From a virus (lineage: Duplodnaviria; Caudoviricetes): 51,861 nucleotides of DNA. Position numbers and translations under genes: made by a program. The notes below the pieces were generated by a model. It was not told the DNA's origin. It did not search any database and saw nothing but the letters and a program-made list of their open reading frames with translations. The stretch covers positions 1 to 51,861 of the IMG/VR virus record IMGVR_UViG_3300030329_004367; one strand, given 5' to 3'. Positions within the stretch are counted from its first letter, which is position 1. Each line of letters opens with the position of its first letter. Positions 19,873 to 29,357 of the stretch are shown piece after piece.

Positions 19873-21408
19873 TTAAATAACTTTTGCTGAAGGTCTTGCC
19901 TGTGCAACCTTCTGTTCGTCCATTATTGCTGTTTTAACTGATTGCTCTGGCGTAGTCATAGCAATAAAGTATCCATTATATTCTTGAGCGATTACAGAAT
20001 ACTGCTCTTGTAGCCATTGATATTCAGTTGAAACTTTAGTTACACTATTTCCATAATTTTGAATTTCGGCACTAAATCGTCCCATTTTCATTTGGAAATC
20101 TCCCATTGCAGCTTCTAAAGTTTTAGCTGCATTTGTAATATTTAAATTTGTTGATTGGGTCATCTTCTGTATTGCAGCACCTGTTGATTGAGTCATTTTT
20201 GCCACTGCTGCATTAGTTGCTGCAGTCATCTTAGCAGTAGCTGCTGAAGTTTTACTTGTTACACTTGCTGCTTTAATACTAGCATCATTTGATGCATTTG
20301 CAATACTTGCTTGAGTTGAAAGCTGTGCATCTTGTATTGTTGCCTGCATATTGGCAGAGGCACTTGATACTTCCGCATTAAATGCTGAAATATAAGAATT
20401 AATTTTTCCTAATTGAACTTGCGCTAATTCGCTATCTTCTTCATTTTCTATAATCTTTGATAATGTATCCCACCATGTTCTATAATCTACACTTGTAGTT
20501 CCAAACGTACCAGTTTCAACATCTGTAAGATCAGCACCAGATCCTTCTAGTGAAGGCTTTGTATAATCAGATGCAGTACTAGCAGTTCCGTCTGATGGGG
20601 CTGCGCTTACATCTTCTCCAGTATAGCCATGCAATACATCTGCTTGAGGATCTACAGCAACTCCTATTGCATCTCCTAATGACGCAGCAGAATAAGAAAT
20701 CGTTACAGCATCTGGTGCAGTTGGAACTGCAGGGATAGTCTTTGCACTAACTAAATTCCTAATAACCCTCATAGCTGCATATTTAGCTATTAAATGAGCA
20801 TATTGTATTGGAAATTTCTCCAATCCTTTTGTAGTTTCTATACCATCTTCATAAACTGTTACTGTTTCTGGAGTAAACGTATGTTGAACTATAGGATATT
20901 CTACAAAAGTAACATTCATAGAAGTTCCTCCTGAAGGAGTAGGAGTAGTATTTATCATACCATTTCTCATAAACCATCCAGCATTATATAAAGTTCTATA
21001 TTTTAAACTTTGAGAATTATAAGCTTCATTTGCTTCGTTATGATCAATACGATCACAAGGATAATTAGTTGCTACCCAATTACTATCTATTCCATTCCAT
21101 TCATAATCAGTAGAATCTTCTCCTGCAGAAGGCTTTACATCTTCCCATAATGTAGTTCCTAAACCTAAAGTTACCGACAATATCTCAGTAGATACATCGG
21201 CAACAGGCATTCCAGTAGCTGCAGCTGTAACCTTATTATCAGCAAACTGCATTGCTTTCTCAGGTCTTATTGCTATAATCCTAGAAACTACTTCACGTGC
21301 GCCATCCGTTAAATATTGATTTAGTGCGTCATTTTTAGTAACAGCGACACCAACTAAATCTTCTACTTGTTCTCCAAATGTAAGAGTACTACTTATCCAA
21401 TCAGCCAT
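19873..21408 (-). CDS. Head-tail adaptor-like virion protein with a long Ala-rich helical extension
   Basis: N-terminal LNQYLTDGAREVV, FPIQYAHLIAKYAA; follows the capsid genes. Confidence 0.5.
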   Translation of the reverse strand: MADWISSTLTFGEQVEDLVGVAVTKNDALNQYLTDGAREVVSRIIAIRPEKAMQFADNKVTAAATGMPVADVSTEILSVTLGLGTTLWEDVKPSAGEDSTDYEWNGIDSNWVATNYPCDRIDHNEANEAYNSQSLKYRTLYNAGWFMRNGMINTTPTPSGGTSMNVTFVEYPIVQHTFTPETVTVYEDGIETTKGLEKFPIQYAHLIAKYAAMRVIRNLVSAKTIPAVPTAPDAVTISYSAASLGDAIGVAVDPQADVLHGYTGEDVSAAPSDGTASTASDYTKPSLEGSGADLTDVETGTFGTTSVDYRTWWDTLSKIIENEEDSELAQVQLGKINSYISAFNAEVSSASANMQATIQDAQLSTQASIANASNDASIKAASVTSKTSAATAKMTAATNAAVAKMTQSTGAAIQKMTQSTNLNITNAAKTLEAAMGDFQMKMGRFSAEIQNYGNSVTKVSTEYQWLQEQYSVIAQEYNGYFIAMTTPEQSVKTAIMDEQKVAQARPSAKVI

Positions 21409-21425
21409 TCATTATCCTCTAAGGT

Positions 21426-21473
21426 GCCCACCCTCTCTAGAAGAGACCCCACATCTCAATAGAGAGGGCGAGC
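21426..21473 (-). terminator. Strong hairpin after the capsid and auxiliary capsid genes (terminator or mRNA processing/stabilising site)
   Basis: 14-bp GC-rich stem with two G-U pairs on the minus strand; no U-tract. Confidence 0.55.
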
Positions 21474-21494
21474 GATTTTAGTTATTAGTTGCTA

Positions 21495-22007
21495 TTAAGC
21501 GTCAACGTCAGAGGCTATTGCACTTCCAACACCATCAGCGTCAGAATCGCCTTCAACTATACCACGAACAAACCATTTAGCATCTCCAATACATGTAATT
21601 TCACACCATGTACCGGGGCCACCGCCTGTATTAGCAACGTTGTCATCGAAAGTCAATTTACAGCTATCAGCAGCAAACTGTGCTATTGTATTAACAGCAG
21701 CAGCAGCGCAAAATAAAAGACCTCCAAGAAACATGTCACCAGTAGTATCAGTAGTATCTGCAGTAGTTATAGTTATCGCATCAGTCTCAGCAGCACTCCA
21801 TACAAAAGTGTATGTAACTCCTATATTTGCAGTATTTGCAGCTGGAAGAACAAAATCAACTGCTCCTCCTGATCCAATATGCCATATAGTTCCACTTTCT
21901 TCAGCAGTTAGCGTCTTACTTACAGCTTCTTGAACCCTCACTCCGTTAGGAGCTACTTGATCTAAAGCCTTACCTTGACCATTTTGATTATATTGAGGTA
22001 TCGCCAT
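21495..22007 (-). CDS. Auxiliary capsid/decoration protein
   Basis: Start reassigned to ATG 22007 (AAGGAG SD; MAIPQYNQN); TLTAEESG...FVLPAA...GVTYTF beta-rich pattern; directly after the major capsid gene. Confidence 0.6.
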   Translation of the reverse strand: MAIPQYNQNGQGKALDQVAPNGVRVQEAVSKTLTAEESGTIWHIGSGGAVDFVLPAANTANIGVTYTFVWSAAETDAITITTADTTDTTGDMFLGGLLFCAAAAVNTIAQFAADSCKLTFDDNVANTGGGPGTWCEITCIGDAKWFVRGIVEGDSDADGVGSAIASDVDA

Positions 22008-22018
22008 GATTATTCTCC

Positions 22019-23554
22019 TTATACCCAGAGAGCGTGAGTTTCTGGACAGCACCATTCCATTCCCGCTTCTGTTAAGATTTGATCTACTCTACGATCGACC
22101 CCAGAGTTCTCTAAAGTCTGAACTCCTACGTAGATTCCTGTGTCTCTATTAAGACCATTACCAACTAGTGGACGATAAGCACAATATTTCATATTGATAC
22201 CAATCATTTTAATGTTAGTGCCGTCAAGATGAATATTACGTGCAACATTCATATCGCCATAAATAGTTGATATAGTTGTAATATCTATGCCAAACACTTT
22301 CTTTTTACCAGACATTGCGAAATGCGCTTGAGCATTTCCACCATCATGTCCTGCAACTGGAGTAGCAGTACCACCCGGAACAACCATGCCAATATTATTA
22401 GCAAAATATCCAGATAATTTATGTAACCAGTTATAAACTGCTGTAGAACAGAAGAATACAGTTGAAGTTGCATTATTATATCTTGGATCTAGTAGGTTGG
22501 ACATGTCATCAAGAAATGAATCTTGAGATTTAGTTGTAATGTCTAAAGCAAAAGAATTGCCATATGTTGAAATAAAGTCAACAGCACCTTGAGTTGTATT
22601 AGCAGTACTATTTTGAGATCCAAATAGTAATGATTGCTCAATGTCCCATTTATGTTCAATTAACTTTTCTTTCCAAATACGTGCCCATTCATTGCCTTCG
22701 TATTTTAATACAGTTGCACGGTCAGTATTATTCATAACTGCAGATGTTTTAAAGATCTGAGTTTGACCATGTCCTGTACTATATGGCTGATCTTGCCAAG
22801 TTTCTGGATAACCAGATCCTTGAGCATGAGCAGTACCAACTACGTAGCATTTGTATGGCTCAAGAGCTTCTTGACCTAAAGCTGCTGTACTAGCAGCTAT
22901 AGCACCTGTACCTAAAATTGAATTAGAATCAGGATCCATATATTCAGCAGCTCCACCACCACTAACTGTACGTACACAAGTAGCATTTACTATTGCATAG
23001 TTAGCTTGAGATGCTAAATCAACTGAATTTACTTTCCATAATTCATAATCAGTTGGAGTTCCATTAGTAGTACCAGTATTCATTTTGAATATTTGGCCCG
23101 GAATGAAAAACTTAGGTTGAGTACCAGTTGACCCAGCAGCATACTTTAAAGTTTGACCAACTATATTTTGCAAATTACCTTCGCTATTATAGTCAGTAAA
23201 GAATTTAAAAGTATATACACTAGAGTCTGCTACAGCTGTATGTGTTGCATCATCAGTATCTGTTGTAGGTGCTGAAACTGCTGAAGCACTAAAAGCTAAG
23301 CAATATGCGTACCTTTTTGTGTAAGATGAACGCTTTTCAGTAAATTTAAACTGAGGATCATCTGTCGGTTTCTTTGAAACCATGCTTACGAAACGAAAGA
23401 AAGGATCTTGTGCTAAGCTTAATTCTGATACTTTATCGCCAAAGTTATACTTTCTGCGAAGAGCGCCAGTATTAAGGCTAGTCGTACTCCCACTTCTTCC
23501 ATCCGTATCTTGGCTGGAAAGACTCCCAGTCAAGCCGTTTAGAATATCAGACAT
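22019..23554 (-). CDS. Major capsid protein (HK97 fold, SU10/DUF5309-like)
   Basis: 511 aa after the portal and scaffold; QTQIFKTS, EHKWDIEQSLLFG, DQILTEAGME..PETHA. Confidence 0.85.
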   Translation of the reverse strand: MSDILNGLTGSLSSQDTDGRSGSTTSLNTGALRRKYNFGDKVSELSLAQDPFFRFVSMVSKKPTDDPQFKFTEKRSSYTKRYAYCLAFSASAVSAPTTDTDDATHTAVADSSVYTFKFFTDYNSEGNLQNIVGQTLKYAAGSTGTQPKFFIPGQIFKMNTGTTNGTPTDYELWKVNSVDLASQANYAIVNATCVRTVSGGGAAEYMDPDSNSILGTGAIAASTAALGQEALEPYKCYVVGTAHAQGSGYPETWQDQPYSTGHGQTQIFKTSAVMNNTDRATVLKYEGNEWARIWKEKLIEHKWDIEQSLLFGSQNSTANTTQGAVDFISTYGNSFALDITTKSQDSFLDDMSNLLDPRYNNATSTVFFCSTAVYNWLHKLSGYFANNIGMVVPGGTATPVAGHDGGNAQAHFAMSGKKKVFGIDITTISTIYGDMNVARNIHLDGTNIKMIGINMKYCAYRPLVGNGLNRDTGIYVGVQTLENSGVDRRVDQILTEAGMEWCCPETHALWV

Positions 23555-23604
23555 TTGTCTATCTCCTTAATTAATTAAGTTCGGATAGACTATAAATTTT
23601 TAGC

Positions 23605-24516
23605 CTAACCGAACAGGTTGTCTACACCACCATCAAGGCCTTTTAGAACATCAAACACTTCATCGTCTGCTGTTCTCTCTTTACCTTGACTGTTCGCTCC
23701 CGATGCGGAAGTAGGCATATTTCGGACATTCTTCATTTGATTTAACATTTCTTTTTTAGTCGAATTTGCAACATTTTCATTATTTTGATTTCTATTAATA
23801 ATATAATTAACATCATCAAGAGTCATTATATGTTGTTGCGCTTTTTCTTTAAAGGCTCCAAATTCTTCTTCTGACATATTATGACGAGTCATAAATTCTT
23901 TCTCTTCAGATATTCTGGCTTTTGCATTTTGGATCTCTTGAGCTCTTTTCTTTTCAGCATTAAGCATCTGTCCAACTCTACCTTGAACCATTCTATCAAC
24001 ATGAGCGTTCATTAATTTCGCACTATCAGAATCAGGATCTGTTATATCGTTGGCGTCAAAAACAAAGTTTTCATCAAGACCTAATTGATCTTGAATAGAC
24101 TTTGCAGGTTGCCCACCATTTTTTAAGTAATCCCTAACATGATCTACCAATCCACTATCGTTCTTCATTGCCTCTAGAACTGGTACAAAAGGTTCGACAC
24201 TTTTGTATTGTTCAGACAATCGAACGGCTTCTCTACTTGAGTCTTCATATCTTTTCTTCCAATCCGTGCCGTTATCAGATGGAAGATCCACATTCTCGGA
24301 GCCAACGCTTTGTGTTTCATGGGTTACCTGTTCGGAGCCACTTATTTCTTGTTGGGTTACCTCAGCGGTATCATCTATGATACTACCATTGACTTGATTT
24401 TCTAGCTCATTAAAAAAAGTCTCAGAGCCTTCGACAGCACTTGTCTCTGCAGATTCAAAAGAATCTTCAGCCATGCCGATCTCAGGGTTGCCTTGACTTT
24501 GATTATCTTCTGCCAT
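23605..24516 (-). CDS. Capsid scaffolding protein
   Basis: Acidic disordered N-terminus, DWKKRYEDSSREA coiled coil, located between the portal and major capsid genes. Confidence 0.7.
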   Translation of the reverse strand: MAEDNQSQGNPEIGMAEDSFESAETSAVEGSETFFNELENQVNGSIIDDTAEVTQQEISGSEQVTHETQSVGSENVDLPSDNGTDWKKRYEDSSREAVRLSEQYKSVEPFVPVLEAMKNDSGLVDHVRDYLKNGGQPAKSIQDQLGLDENFVFDANDITDPDSDSAKLMNAHVDRMVQGRVGQMLNAEKKRAQEIQNAKARISEEKEFMTRHNMSEEEFGAFKEKAQQHIMTLDDVNYIINRNQNNENVANSTKKEMLNQMKNVRNMPTSASGANSQGKERTADDEVFDVLKGLDGGVDNLFG

Positions 24517-24554
24517 ATTTTCTCCTTATTTGGGTTTAAGTCAATGTGGATAGC

Positions 24555-26858
24555 TTAAGAATTATTATCTTTAGCATCCAAACTATTTTTTGCAGACTGT
24601 AACATATTGGCCGCTTGCTGCTTCTGAGACTCTAGATTATTAGCCATTACATTCCGCAATAATTTCTGTTTTCCTTCAGTCTCAATATACTGTTTACCCA
24701 TTTGAGACTTAACTTCTTCTTTCTTTTTATTTATTTCTACATCAGCTTGCATTACTTTTTGTTTGATACCAGCTTGTACCAGCTGTCTTTCAAGTGTTTC
24801 AATAGTACCTTCCTTATCCTTAATAGCTTCGGATAATTGTTGTACTTGTCCTTGTAATTGTGAGTAAAGCGATTTTCTTTTGACAATGTTTTCCTTGTTT
24901 TTAATATCTGTTTCTGCTAAGACAGCTATATCATCTACGATTCCAAGCTGCATTAATTGTTTTAATTCTTCAAGATATGCCCATCTATTAACAGGCAAAG
25001 TTGAACCTTGAACTATTCTTACATCATATTTAATAGAAGCAATATCCATAGACTTTCCTATAGCTTCTCCTAAATCATTATAAACTGGAATATTTATTTC
25101 CCGATCAGTTCCCTCCTGTATACTTGAAGGCTGAATTAATCTAAATCTTTTATAGGCGCTATAAGTTGCTTGAGAAAATTGTAAGATAACTTTTCCTAGC
25201 AATCTTAATCCGGGCTCTATAGAGGTATTCATCCATTGTTTTATACGCCTAGTTCCATACTCATCTAAAGCTAACATACCTCTGTACGTCTCTCCCGCTT
25301 GAGAACTATCTCCCATCATAGAGCTATAAATTCCTGCAAGGTATTCCATGTCGCCCTTACCTTCTGAAACTATTTGAAAGAATGCATTAGCTAAAGGAGC
25401 TGGCATAACTGGAGTTGGTCTTTCTACCCCCGGCCTTATTGGCAAGAGAGCGCCCGGACTAGAAGAATATTTCTCCCATAATTCGGCATCAATAGATCCT
25501 TCTTCATACATCCATCTTAATGATGAACCTAGAGAAGCATTGTGAACCATTACTTGATGTGCTTTATTTATTTCTTGTTGCTTACCAACTAAAGGTGATA
25601 CAGCTGACATAGGGAAAGGAGTTCCTGTCCATTTATAATGAAATGGTACTAATGGATACTCTGTTATGCTATCCGGAAGGATAGACTCGTATAGCAGCTT
25701 ATCACCTGCAACGCAAGTTTGCTTTATTCTAGAAGAATAAAACTGAACCTGATCTACTACATTTTTTGCAATTTGAGGATCCTTCATTAAGATATTAAAT
25801 TCTTTTTCAGTGATTATTTTATTTTCAATCTTAGAAGCTTCTGCCTGCAGCTTACTCATACACTCTCTTCTAAATACTTCTAATTGCTGCTGTGATTCTT
25901 CTTGAGCCTTTCTCATTTCAAGTTCAAATCTCTCAGGCAACATATTTCCAGATTGTACAGCTTCTTGCATTTGACGCTGCTTCTCTAAAAGTTCAACCTT
26001 ACTCTCTTCCTGCATTTCTTTTACCATCACATCACATTGTTGCTGTAGTTGTTTTAATGTAGCAGGATCAGGAGGTATTCTATAAAATAAACTAATATAT
26101 GACATTTTAATTTTTTCATATACTTCAAAAAATTCTACTAATTGGTCTAATTCTCCTTTAGGAGATATAGCCAAATTACCATCTTCATTATCATTATATG
26201 TAAATAATTTCTGATCATCATCGCCAGTAGCTCTAACTGAGTAATTAATTTGAGATTGTTCATCACTGCTTGAAGAAGAAATCTTACGTTTATGATCTGG
26301 GAATATTTTCATTAAATGATTCTTAGGCAAGACTTTTCTTATCATTATATATGCTGCATCACGAAATAACATGTCACGAGATTTTGGATCTATATAAATA
26401 TCAAAAGGTTCAGGTTGCTGTATTACAACTTCGCCTAATCCATTATCAGCATCTTTATCTACAGTAACTAGTAGATAGCCTATTCCTTTTGTAACGCAAT
26501 CATTAACAGCATTTGAATATAGCGTAGATCCCTCAGAATTATGCCATACATAATCTGCTAAATCTGAAAATACAGCTGCAACATCTACATCACTACCTTC
26601 TACAGCTATTGCCTGCCATCTTGGATTTTTAGCAGTAGCATAAAAATTCAACATTTCTACAACAGGCAATATCCTATTAATTGTAAATGTAGGCATACCT
26701 TGTTCTTCTAAGGCATCTTTATTTTCACGGCTTAACTGTTCATCATGTGCAAACTCATAGCCCTTTTGATTTATTTTCATCCATTGACGCCTTGTAGCGC
26801 TGTCTGCTAAATGATACAGTTGTCGTATCTGCGTTACTTTTTTGTTTATCTTTGCCAT
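24555..26858 (-). CDS. Portal protein (P22-like)
   Basis: 767 aa; PTFTINRILP, GIGY, YPLVPF, QQEINK; C-terminal coiled-coil barrel; downstream of the large terminase. Confidence 0.88.
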   Translation of the reverse strand: MAKINKKVTQIRQLYHLADSATRRQWMKINQKGYEFAHDEQLSRENKDALEEQGMPTFTINRILPVVEMLNFYATAKNPRWQAIAVEGSDVDVAAVFSDLADYVWHNSEGSTLYSNAVNDCVTKGIGYLLVTVDKDADNGLGEVVIQQPEPFDIYIDPKSRDMLFRDAAYIMIRKVLPKNHLMKIFPDHKRKISSSSSDEQSQINYSVRATGDDDQKLFTYNDNEDGNLAISPKGELDQLVEFFEVYEKIKMSYISLFYRIPPDPATLKQLQQQCDVMVKEMQEESKVELLEKQRQMQEAVQSGNMLPERFELEMRKAQEESQQQLEVFRRECMSKLQAEASKIENKIITEKEFNILMKDPQIAKNVVDQVQFYSSRIKQTCVAGDKLLYESILPDSITEYPLVPFHYKWTGTPFPMSAVSPLVGKQQEINKAHQVMVHNASLGSSLRWMYEEGSIDAELWEKYSSSPGALLPIRPGVERPTPVMPAPLANAFFQIVSEGKGDMEYLAGIYSSMMGDSSQAGETYRGMLALDEYGTRRIKQWMNTSIEPGLRLLGKVILQFSQATYSAYKRFRLIQPSSIQEGTDREINIPVYNDLGEAIGKSMDIASIKYDVRIVQGSTLPVNRWAYLEELKQLMQLGIVDDIAVLAETDIKNKENIVKRKSLYSQLQGQVQQLSEAIKDKEGTIETLERQLVQAGIKQKVMQADVEINKKKEEVKSQMGKQYIETEGKQKLLRNVMANNLESQKQQAANMLQSAKNSLDAKDNNS

Positions 26859-27006
26859 CTTTACAATCCCCTTTCGGTAAGTGAATGTGATCTATATCAC
26901 AAATTTTAGGACAGGCGTAGTTTCCCTGTGGGCAATCATCAGTGATATAATCACCATACTTAACTGTCCCTAAAATTAATAATCCAAATAACATATTCCA
27001 TAACAC
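26755..27006 (-). CDS. Small hydrophobic-leader, Cys-rich protein (start uncertain)
   Basis: LFGLLILG then CP....CP..C..DH.H; the 3' end overlaps the portal gene by about 100 nt. Confidence 0.45.
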   Translation of the reverse strand: MLWNMLFGLLILGTVKYGDYITDDCPQGNYACPKICDIDHIHLPKGDCKDGKDKQKSNADTTTVSFSRQRYKASMDENKSKGL

Positions 27007-27016
27007 AATTCATTGC

Positions 27017-27178
27017 TTATTGCTCCTTGCATGGAATATTAACCTCTCTTTTATTTTCGTGTTCTTCTAAACTTTCTTTTATTTCATCTGATGTGGGCTC
27101 GTCTATAAGTAAACCAAAATCCTTAAATAACCATTCGGTTAATAATTCTGCCATAATTTCCTTAACACTTTTCTTCAT
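27017..27178 (-). CDS. Hypothetical protein (53 aa)
   Basis: Hand-translated MKKSVKEIMAELLTEWLFKDFG...; TGATG coupling to the upstream ORF. Confidence 0.55.
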   Translation of the reverse strand: MKKSVKEIMAELLTEWLFKDFGLLIDEPTSDEIKESLEEHENKREVNIPCKEQ

Positions 27179-27336
27179 CACCTTAAACCACCACCTCCAC
27201 GTTTTCTGCTTCTATTTTGTTTTCCTCTTTTGCGACTAGCATAGATTTCTAATTCCGAAAATTCGGCATTCTGAAATTGTAATTCCAAAAATTCGGGATT
27301 TTGAAACATACTACATAATAATAAAATTTTAATCAT
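27178..27336 (-). CDS. Small protein with an Arg/Gly-rich tail (52 aa) and an internal 10-aa repeat
   Basis: MIKILLLCSMFQNPEFLELQFQNAEFSELEIYASRKRGKQNRSRKRGGGGLR; ATGA overlap with the terminase stop. Confidence 0.55.
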   Translation of the reverse strand: MIKILLLCSMFQNPEFLELQFQNAEFSELEIYASRKRGKQNRSRKRGGGGLR

Positions 27337-28886
27337 GCTGATATCCAATTCTTTGCTTTTGGTTTCTTTTTATACCATCCATCTTTAGATTCATGCATTC
27401 CTTGTGGGGGATGTGCATACTTACATGCATATGCTAAAGCATCAATAGTATCATCATGTGCCATACGTGGGCCAAATGTCATTATCTCTCTATGTAAATC
27501 ATATTGAGTTTTCTTTATATGAACCTGACCTACGGCAAATCTTTGTGCGAGGATCTCTTGTATTCTGTCTCTTTTAGACATTCTATTTCCGGGCTTCTCT
27601 TCTTTGAATGGAATAATAAACTCATTCCTTCTTCTCATTTCAGCCCTTATTGCTTGGAAGATTGGTTTAGACATAGTAGTATCTTCAATTGTAAACAATG
27701 TCGGCTTATAAAATTTAGCATATTCAAACACATAATCTACAATACCTTTTTTTTCCGTTCCCGGAACACCAAGTACTGGTAAAGTCCTATTTCTTATATA
27801 GTCTAATATATAAATATTATTATCTGGAGTAACAGCCACAGCAATAAGAACACTATAATCGGAGTTCCTACGAGCCGAATCTGTTGCAGGATCCACTCCA
27901 ACAAAAATATTGCAAGGCTTAGGATCGTCCCCATCAGGTATAACATATGTAAGCCCGGTTTCTTCATCTTTAACAAATTGACCATCCCAGTATTTAATAT
28001 GATCTCTATTAAAGATTGAATCTTCTTCACTTTGAACCTCCATCATATATTCTTGGTAAAATTTTTGAGGAGTCCCACTATCTGCATAAAACTTTTTCTT
28101 ACGAGCCATTTCTTTATGACCAAACCATGAAGGCCACAATACCTCGCCATCTTCCATTAAAGCTTTATAGGTAATCACTTTCCACGAATAATCTTCCTTT
28201 TCTTTTAAAGAATGCTCATACCCAACAAGTATCTTTTGAATAAAGCTATCATAATGAACAGGAGTTCCATTAATTCTTAGTCGTCCTGTTTTTGGTTCGA
28301 GGGCAGGAAAGACAACAGCGGTAACAAGATTGGATATCTTCGAGCGGCTTTCAGGAGTAATAGTATTGTTTTCATCTTCAAAATCATCCAATACAATAAG
28401 GTCATACCTTTTATGAAGCTTGGCGCCACCACGAATACCACTAAGATTACTCTTTGAAATAAGTTTCGTACCGTTTTTAAGTTCGATATCATCTTCTGTC
28501 CACTTCCTTCCTTTTAAATCTCCAAAATAATATTTTATTTTTTCATTAAACTCTATATGATATTTTATATAATCTAAATTAGGAACAGATATTTTAGAAC
28601 TTGCAGCAACCCATCCATAAAATAAAGGCTCTTTTGAAAATACAAAATCATGTAAAATATTGCATTTAGTAAGTACAGTTTTACCATGCCCTCTAGGCAG
28701 TATAACTGCAAGCTGTCTATGGTCTGGGTCTGCTAAAGCATCTGCTACTTCATAATGAAAAAAGGGAGTTTCTGAACGCATAAAATCGTCTGGTAAAAAT
28801 AATTTACCAAATGCTATGAGGTCTTTATAAGCTAACCTCAATTCTTCTTCAGCGTTTGATACGTTTTGGCTGTTTATATTTGCCAT
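27333..28886 (-). CDS. terL: Terminase large subunit
   Basis: Walker A PRGHGKT, Walker B LIVLDDFE, coupling motif GTP, nuclease VGVDPA...HDDTIDA. Confidence 0.95.
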   Translation of the reverse strand: MANINSQNVSNAEEELRLAYKDLIAFGKLFLPDDFMRSETPFFHYEVADALADPDHRQLAVILPRGHGKTVLTKCNILHDFVFSKEPLFYGWVAASSKISVPNLDYIKYHIEFNEKIKYYFGDLKGRKWTEDDIELKNGTKLISKSNLSGIRGGAKLHKRYDLIVLDDFEDENNTITPESRSKISNLVTAVVFPALEPKTGRLRINGTPVHYDSFIQKILVGYEHSLKEKEDYSWKVITYKALMEDGEVLWPSWFGHKEMARKKKFYADSGTPQKFYQEYMMEVQSEEDSIFNRDHIKYWDGQFVKDEETGLTYVIPDGDDPKPCNIFVGVDPATDSARRNSDYSVLIAVAVTPDNNIYILDYIRNRTLPVLGVPGTEKKGIVDYVFEYAKFYKPTLFTIEDTTMSKPIFQAIRAEMRRRNEFIIPFKEEKPGNRMSKRDRIQEILAQRFAVGQVHIKKTQYDLHREIMTFGPRMAHDDTIDALAYACKYAHPPQGMHESKDGWYKKKPKAKNWISA

Positions 28887-28961
28887 TTCTATTGCTCTCT
28901 AGTACCTTTTTCCAATATTCATTATTAAAGTAATCTCTTATTTTCTGTGCCGGAGTGCGTT

Positions 28962-29354
28962 TCATTTTCTAATTTCAAAGTGAGGAAAGTCATCAAACTT
29001 ATTATCCTGCACTTGGAAATCTTGATCCCAATCTCCACCCCATCTTAAATCAATACCCATTGACTTAGCAATCCCAAGAACAAACCCAGCAAAAAGGGTT
29101 TGACGCTCTCTGTCTTTCCAGTCAACAGGATATGGTGTAACATCAACGGCATTAGAAGGATTACTGTTATGACGACCTTTAGGATATTTAACCTTTGTCT
29201 TTCCTTCTTCATATAACTTATTTTGCCTTTCTTTACTTCTATGTCCTTCTAAAACAGAACAGTCAACATGCTTTATTACTTCATTAAATATTTTCTGCAA
29301 TCTTTCATCACATGTTGCCAATCTCTGTCTTGAACTTCTTCCAAATTTAGGCAT
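28962..29354 (-). CDS. Endolysin, peptidase M15 (L-Ala-D-Glu peptidase-like)
   Basis: EGHRS..RQ..LY, H......AVD, RWGGDW, DFPHFE. Confidence 0.9.
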   Translation of the reverse strand: MPKFGRSSRQRLATCDERLQKIFNEVIKHVDCSVLEGHRSKERQNKLYEEGKTKVKYPKGRHNSNPSNAVDVTPYPVDWKDRERQTLFAGFVLGIAKSMGIDLRWGGDWDQDFQVQDNKFDDFPHFEIRK

Positions 29355-29357
29355 TAC

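Noticed and set aside
22008-22055. Programmed frameshift fusing the major capsid to the auxiliary capsid protein
   Set aside because: The downstream frame is open across the capsid stop, but the gene has its own AAGGAG SD and ATG at 22007 and I saw no slippery sequence
27250-27306. 30-nt-period repeat as a CRISPR mini-array or operator pair
   Set aside because: Only two copies with no spacer; explained by a 10-codon duplication in a small ORF
27305-27325. TTTATTATTAT..AGTAT shared with the 31860 promoter region as a late-promoter motif
   Set aside because: Low complexity, and here it is coding sequence (ILLLCSM)
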